Source: Longimicrobiales bacterium (GTDB taxonomy: Bacteria; Gemmatimonadota; Gemmatimonadetes; Longimicrobiales; Gaopeijiaceae). Taken from it: 64,000 nucleotides of DNA. Made by a program: the position numbers and the translations under genes. The stretch lies in contig CBDDCX010000008.1 in the NCBI GenBank assembly GCA_965226375.1, positions 1,440,001 through 1,504,000 of the forward strand. The letters run 5' to 3'. Of this stretch, positions 59,915 through 64,000 are shown piece by piece. The notes beneath the pieces are model-generated. The model had not been told where the DNA came from and did not search any database. It saw only the letters and a program-made list of their open reading frames with translations. The first letter of the stretch is position 1. Each line of letters starts with the position of its first letter.

Positions 59915-61963
59915 CTACACCCCGACCGGTACGGCCGGTGCACGCTCCTCTGCGGAGCGCCGCGGTGCGGGCGTTACCGACGCTTTGGAAGGCCACATGG
60001 CGATGAGGCTACCCAGGGTCAGGATGAGGCCTCCATACCAAATCCAACCCACCAGGAGGTTGACCTGCACCTCGAACGTAGCCCTCTGGGACGAGGCGTC
60101 ATTCTCGAACGCCCCACCCAGATCCTCCACCCGCTCCAAGATGATGTAGAGATCCTCGAAGAAAGTAGATCGAATCCCGACCTCGGTCACCGGAGACTCC
60201 CATGTGACGTAGAGGCGCTTTTCCGTCGTCAGCGATCCTACCGGCACTCCGTTTCGTTCAACGGTCATGAGGGCCACCGCCTGGCGCAGCATATTCTGCC
60301 CTCGAGGCGACGACAGTCCCTGATAGGTGAGCGTGTACTCGTGACCCAAAGGAGACGCGATGGTCACGGACTCACCGGGATCGAGCGTTTGGGTCACCTC
60401 TCGGTCGAACGCCGCACCCGCGAAGGCGGTGAAGATCATCACCATCCCCACGTGCACGATGTAGCCGCCCCAGCGACGCCGATTTCGCAGAACCAAATGG
60501 ACGAAAGCTCGTGGGATGCCCTCCCCCTCGATGTGGGCTCTCGCTCGTGTGCCCTTCGCGAACTCCACACAGATGATGGTCATCACAAAGGCCGCCACGC
60601 CAAACGTGACGAGTGCCATAGTCTGGCGGGCACCCTGCAAGTAGAGCCCGGCAACCACAACGACCCCGACCACCACCGGCCAGACGAAGTTCTTGATAAG
60701 GTTGCGGCGCGACGCCTTTCGCCAAGCGATGACCGGGCCGATGCCGGTCAGGGCCAGCAGCGCGATTCCAATGGGCAGGTTGACCCGATTGAAGAAGGGC
60801 GGACCCACGGTGATCGCCTGTCCCGTGAGACCTTCGGTGATCAGGGGAAAGAGCGTGCCCCACATGATCGCGAAAGCGGCCCCGAGAAAGATCAGGTTGT
60901 TGAAGAGAAACGCCGATTCCCGGGAGAGGAACGATTGGATCTGGTTCTCACTCTTCAGAAGCGGATAACGCCACGCGATCAACAGCACACAAATCCCTGT
61001 TATCACCCCTAGGAACGTCAGGAAAATGAACGCGATCGTAGTGTTTTCGGCGAACGTGTGCACCGACTCGATGAGGCCCGACCGGGTCAGGAACGTCGCG
61101 AAGATGGTGAGCAGGAACGTGACGCTGACCAGACTCATGTTCCATACCTTCAGCATCCCTCTATTCTCTTGAATCTGGATGGAATGCAAGAAGGCGGTAG
61201 CGGTCAGCCACGGGAGTAGCGACGCGTTCTCGACTGGATCCCAGAACCAGAATCCTCCCCACCCCAGTTCTTCATATGCCCAACGCATCCCAAAAATGAT
61301 GCCGTTGGCGAGGAAGAACCACGAGAGCAGGACCCACCCTCTGGTAATGACGATCCACCTGGCGTCGAGCTTGCCGCTCAGGAGCGCCGCGATAGCGAAC
61401 GCGAACGGTACCGTGAACGCCGTAAAGCCCAGGTAGAGCGTGGGCGGGTGAATGGTCATCCAGTAGTTCTGAAGCTGAGGATTCAGCCCCCTACCATCCG
61501 CCGGAGTGAACGGCAGGCGCTCGAACGGATTCACATCGCCGAACAACAGGACGACGAGAAAGAAGCTCGAAATGCTGAGGAGTACCCCAGCCACATAGGG
61601 CATGAACTCACGATTCTTGTTACGGTTCGTGAAGACCGCGAGGGACGAGAACATCGAGAGCAGCAAGGCCCAAAAGACCAGAGATCCCCGCTGTCCAGCC
61701 CAAAGACCCGACACTTTGAAGAACGTGTCGAGATCACGGTTGGAGTAGTTGGCGACGTACCAATAATCGAAGCGGTCGGTCAGGAAGGCCGTGATGATCC
61801 CGGCGGAGACCAGGATCAGGAGGAAAAAGACCGCGTAGACGCTACGCTCTGAACTGAGAACCAGGTCTCCGCATTGTTTACGTCCGCCCACGAAGCCCAG
61901 GATGGCTCCCCAGAGGCCGACCGGAAGTGCGATCCAGAGAGCGAACTCTCCGAGGATTGTCAC
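59915..61963 (-). CDS. ccmF: Heme lyase CcmF
   Basis: LNPQLQ, IHPP, WAYEELGWGGFWFWDPVENAS, SVH. Confidence 0.96.
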   Translation of the reverse strand: MTILGEFALWIALPVGLWGAILGFVGGRKQCGDLVLSSERSVYAVFFLLILVSAGIITAFLTDRFDYWYVANYSNRDLDTFFKVSGLWAGQRGSLVFWALLLSMFSSLAVFTNRNKNREFMPYVAGVLLSISSFFLVVLLFGDVNPFERLPFTPADGRGLNPQLQNYWMTIHPPTLYLGFTAFTVPFAFAIAALLSGKLDARWIVITRGWVLLSWFFLANGIIFGMRWAYEELGWGGFWFWDPVENASLLPWLTATAFLHSIQIQENRGMLKVWNMSLVSVTFLLTIFATFLTRSGLIESVHTFAENTTIAFIFLTFLGVITGICVLLIAWRYPLLKSENQIQSFLSRESAFLFNNLIFLGAAFAIMWGTLFPLITEGLTGQAITVGPPFFNRVNLPIGIALLALTGIGPVIAWRKASRRNLIKNFVWPVVVGVVVVAGLYLQGARQTMALVTFGVAAFVMTIICVEFAKGTRARAHIEGEGIPRAFVHLVLRNRRRWGGYIVHVGMVMIFTAFAGAAFDREVTQTLDPGESVTIASPLGHEYTLTYQGLSSPRGQNMLRQAVALMTVERNGVPVGSLTTEKRLYVTWESPVTEVGIRSTFFEDLYIILERVEDLGGAFENDASSQRATFEVQVNLLVGWIWYGGLILTLGSLIAMWPSKASVTPAPRRSAEERAPAVPVGV

Positions 61964-62388
61964 CCTGCGAGTTCCTCCGGCGTGGCCTCGTATCGGCTAC
62001 CGCACTTGGTCAGAACCAGAGTCGCCTCGAATACTCCGTCCTCACGAAAGCGCCCCTCCACGATAGCATCGACGTTCTCATGATCGTTGAACGTGTCGGG
62101 CAGCATGTCATCGTACTCGACGAGGAAGCTACTCGTTTCGTCCTCCAGGTCGGCGACGTGAAAGCGATGTGGCTGCCCCTCTCGGGCCTGCTCCCAGGAT
62201 CCCGGTACGATGCGGCCGCTCACCTTGACCCCGACCTGATGGAACGTGGGGTCGTCCTTGACCCGAGCAAGAAGCTCGTTGGGTGTGAGGTAGTACAACA
62301 TCGTCTGGCTCACGCCCGTCCACATGAGATACGTGATCACGGTGGCCACGCCAGCTAGACCGATAAAAAATCTGTGGTTCTTTTTCAC
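61960..62388 (-). CDS. ccmE: Heme chaperone CcmE, Cys variant (CxxxY)
   Basis: YYLTP, VSGRIVPGS, LPDTF, VEG, LTKCGSRY. Confidence 0.9.
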   Translation of the reverse strand: MKKNHRFFIGLAGVATVITYLMWTGVSQTMLYYLTPNELLARVKDDPTFHQVGVKVSGRIVPGSWEQAREGQPHRFHVADLEDETSSFLVEYDDMLPDTFNDHENVDAIVEGRFREDGVFEATLVLTKCGSRYEATPEELAG

Positions 62389-62436
62389 TTCAGGCCCCCT
62401 CATTGGGGTACGGCGGAGCAACGTACGGCTGCAGCG

Positions 62437-62465
62437 AATATAGGGCCGACAAGGGGGGCGGCAAA
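62437..62465 (-). promoter_or_regulatory. Possible sigma70 promoter of the ccm operon
   Basis: TTTGCC-17 nt-TATATT. Confidence 0.45.
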
Positions 62466-62517
62466 GATTCCACGACCCCCAAAACTCTACTATCAGAGCC
62501 CCTCCTACACCTATATG

Positions 62518-64000
62518 TCACGTAGTGTCCCCTGAATCACTCGCCCACGTCTTGACGGTTCGGACCGCACGGGACCAACCGTCGCGCAGCCGGCTCCGCT
62601 GGGCAGCGTCCATGGCGGGATCGAATCGCTCCCCCTCGCCTTGTGAAGCCAGAAAGTCGCCCGCGGTCGACCAGACGCCTGTCGCCAACCCCGCCAAGCC
62701 GGCCGCTCCAAGGGCGGTGGTCTCGACCAGGGCCGGCCTTCTCACCGGGACCCCCAGGACACCGGCCTGGAACTTCATCAGCCAATCATTGTTCGCCGCC
62801 CCCCCGTCCACCCGAAGCTCGGTCATCGCAACGGAGGAGTCGGCCTCCATGGCGCCGATCAGCTCACAGGTCCCATAAGCCATCGCCTCGAGCGCCGCGC
62901 GCACAAGATGCTCCTTCGACGTGCCGCGTGTCAGTCCAAAGACGGCTCCTCGGGCTTCCGGCACCCAGTGCGGCGCGCCTAAGCCTACGAAAGCCGGTAC
63001 GAAGTACACCCCCTCGTTACCCGTGAGTCCCGAAGCCATCTGCTCCGACTCGGAGGCCTGCTCGAGAACCCCCAAACCATCACGAAGCCACTGCAGGGCG
63101 GCGCCCGCGATGAATACCGAACCCTCGAGCGCATAAGCGAGGCCGCCCCTGGCGTCGCAGGCCGCAGTGGTCAGCAGTCCATGGGAAGAAGGAACGATGT
63201 CCGTTCCCGTATGCATGAGTAGAAAGGCGCCGGTTCCGTATGTGTTCTTGGCCAGCCCCGCCGACCAGCATCCCTGTCCGAAGAGCGCGGCCTGCTGGTC
63301 ACCGGCCACTCCCGCGATCGGCGCCTCGATTCCAAGGACCTCACCTTGGGCCACCCCGAAGTCACCACTGCTGGATCGCACCTCGGGGAGCACCGACTCC
63401 GGAACACCCAGGAGATCCAGGAGCCACGGGTCCCAAGACGACTCGGACAGATTGTAGAGCAACGTCCGGGAGGCGTTGGTGGGATCGGTGGCATGGACCT
63501 CCCCCTGGGTGAGACATGTGATCAGCCACGTGTCTATCGTGCCTGCCGCGAGTTCGCCCGTCTGGGCTCGAGCCAGTAATTCGGGTCGCTCACGAAGAAG
63601 CCACATGAGCTTGGTGCCCGAGAAATACGGGTCCAGCACCAGACCGGTGCGACTCCGCACGTCCGCCTCGTGGCCGGCCTGTTTCAGCTCGGTACAGAGG
63701 TCTACAGTTCGGCGATCCTGCCACACTATGGCTCGGCTCACCGGCTCGAGGGTGTCCCTGTCCCATAGCAACACGGTCTCCCGCTGATTCGTGATGCCGA
63801 TCCCCTGGATGTCCGCCTCCGTCGCGGACTCGAGCGCCTCGCGGGCCACACCGCGCGTGACCTTCCAGATTTCACCGGCATCATGCTCCACCCATCCGGG
63901 CCGAGGGAAGTGCTGGGTGAACTCCGAGTAGGCCCGCCCCAGTATCCGACCCTCATGGGAGATGACCAGGCAGGTCGAGCCCGTCGTGCCCTGGTCGATG
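62518..64000 (-). CDS. glpK: Glycerol kinase (5' end runs off the window)
   Basis: IDQGTT, GITNQRET, WQDRRT, GDQQAALFG, KNTYGTG, DGGA. Confidence 0.96.
   Translation of the reverse strand, partial: IDQGTTGSTCLVISHEGRILGRAYSEFTQHFPRPGWVEHDAGEIWKVTRGVAREALESATEADIQGIGITNQRETVLLWDRDTLEPVSRAIVWQDRRTVDLCTELKQAGHEADVRSRTGLVLDPYFSGTKLMWLLRERPELLARAQTGELAAGTIDTWLITCLTQGEVHATDPTNASRTLLYNLSESSWDPWLLDLLGVPESVLPEVRSSSGDFGVAQGEVLGIEAPIAGVAGDQQAALFGQGCWSAGLAKNTYGTGAFLLMHTGTDIVPSSHGLLTTAACDARGGLAYALEGSVFIAGAALQWLRDGLGVLEQASESEQMASGLTGNEGVYFVPAFVGLGAPHWVPEARGAVFGLTRGTSKEHLVRAALEAMAYGTCELIGAMEADSSVAMTELRVDGGAANNDWLMKFQAGVLGVPVRRPALVETTALGAAGLAGLATGVWSTAGDFLASQGEGERFDPAMDAAQRSRLRDGWSRAVRTVKTWASDSGDTT

Overview
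GC-rich bacterial chromosome segment, most consistent with Gemmatimonadota (inferred from gene content and order: recR-mglA, GWxTD-like protein, Ser/Thr kinase-TolB_N-TPR protein, ccm operon). It is mostly minus-strand housekeeping genes: dnaJ/grpE, cinA, pgsA, mglA, recR/ybaB/dnaX/ffs, smc, rsfS, rplI, hppA, pth/rplY/prs, tRNA-Gln, ispE, pdxJ, hflX, rarA, cca, gmhA, alaS, recA, ccmEF(I)ABCD and glpK. Main oddities: (1) ribosomal proteins bS6 and bS18 are encoded as one in-frame polypeptide behind an S6:S18-type RNA leader; (2) the SRP RNA has a UUGCC loop in place of the GNRA tetraloop; (3) a 1567-bp IS3-family element with non-canonical ends splits the DAHP synthase gene (3-bp target duplication); (4) two tandem Walker-A-less MinD/BY-kinase-like fold + acidic linker + TM + SPOR proteins precede smc; (5) a ~120-nt rod-like intergenic fold; (6) a TIGR04283/TIGR04282-type glycosyltransferase operon with two gene fusions; (7) mglA has no adjacent mglB; (8) CcmE is the Cys type and ccmG/H are absent from the operon. 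Three single-base indels in G/C runs suggest homopolymer sequencing errors, so single-base observations need read-level checking. All calls come from manual motif recognition; no database searches or folding programs were run.
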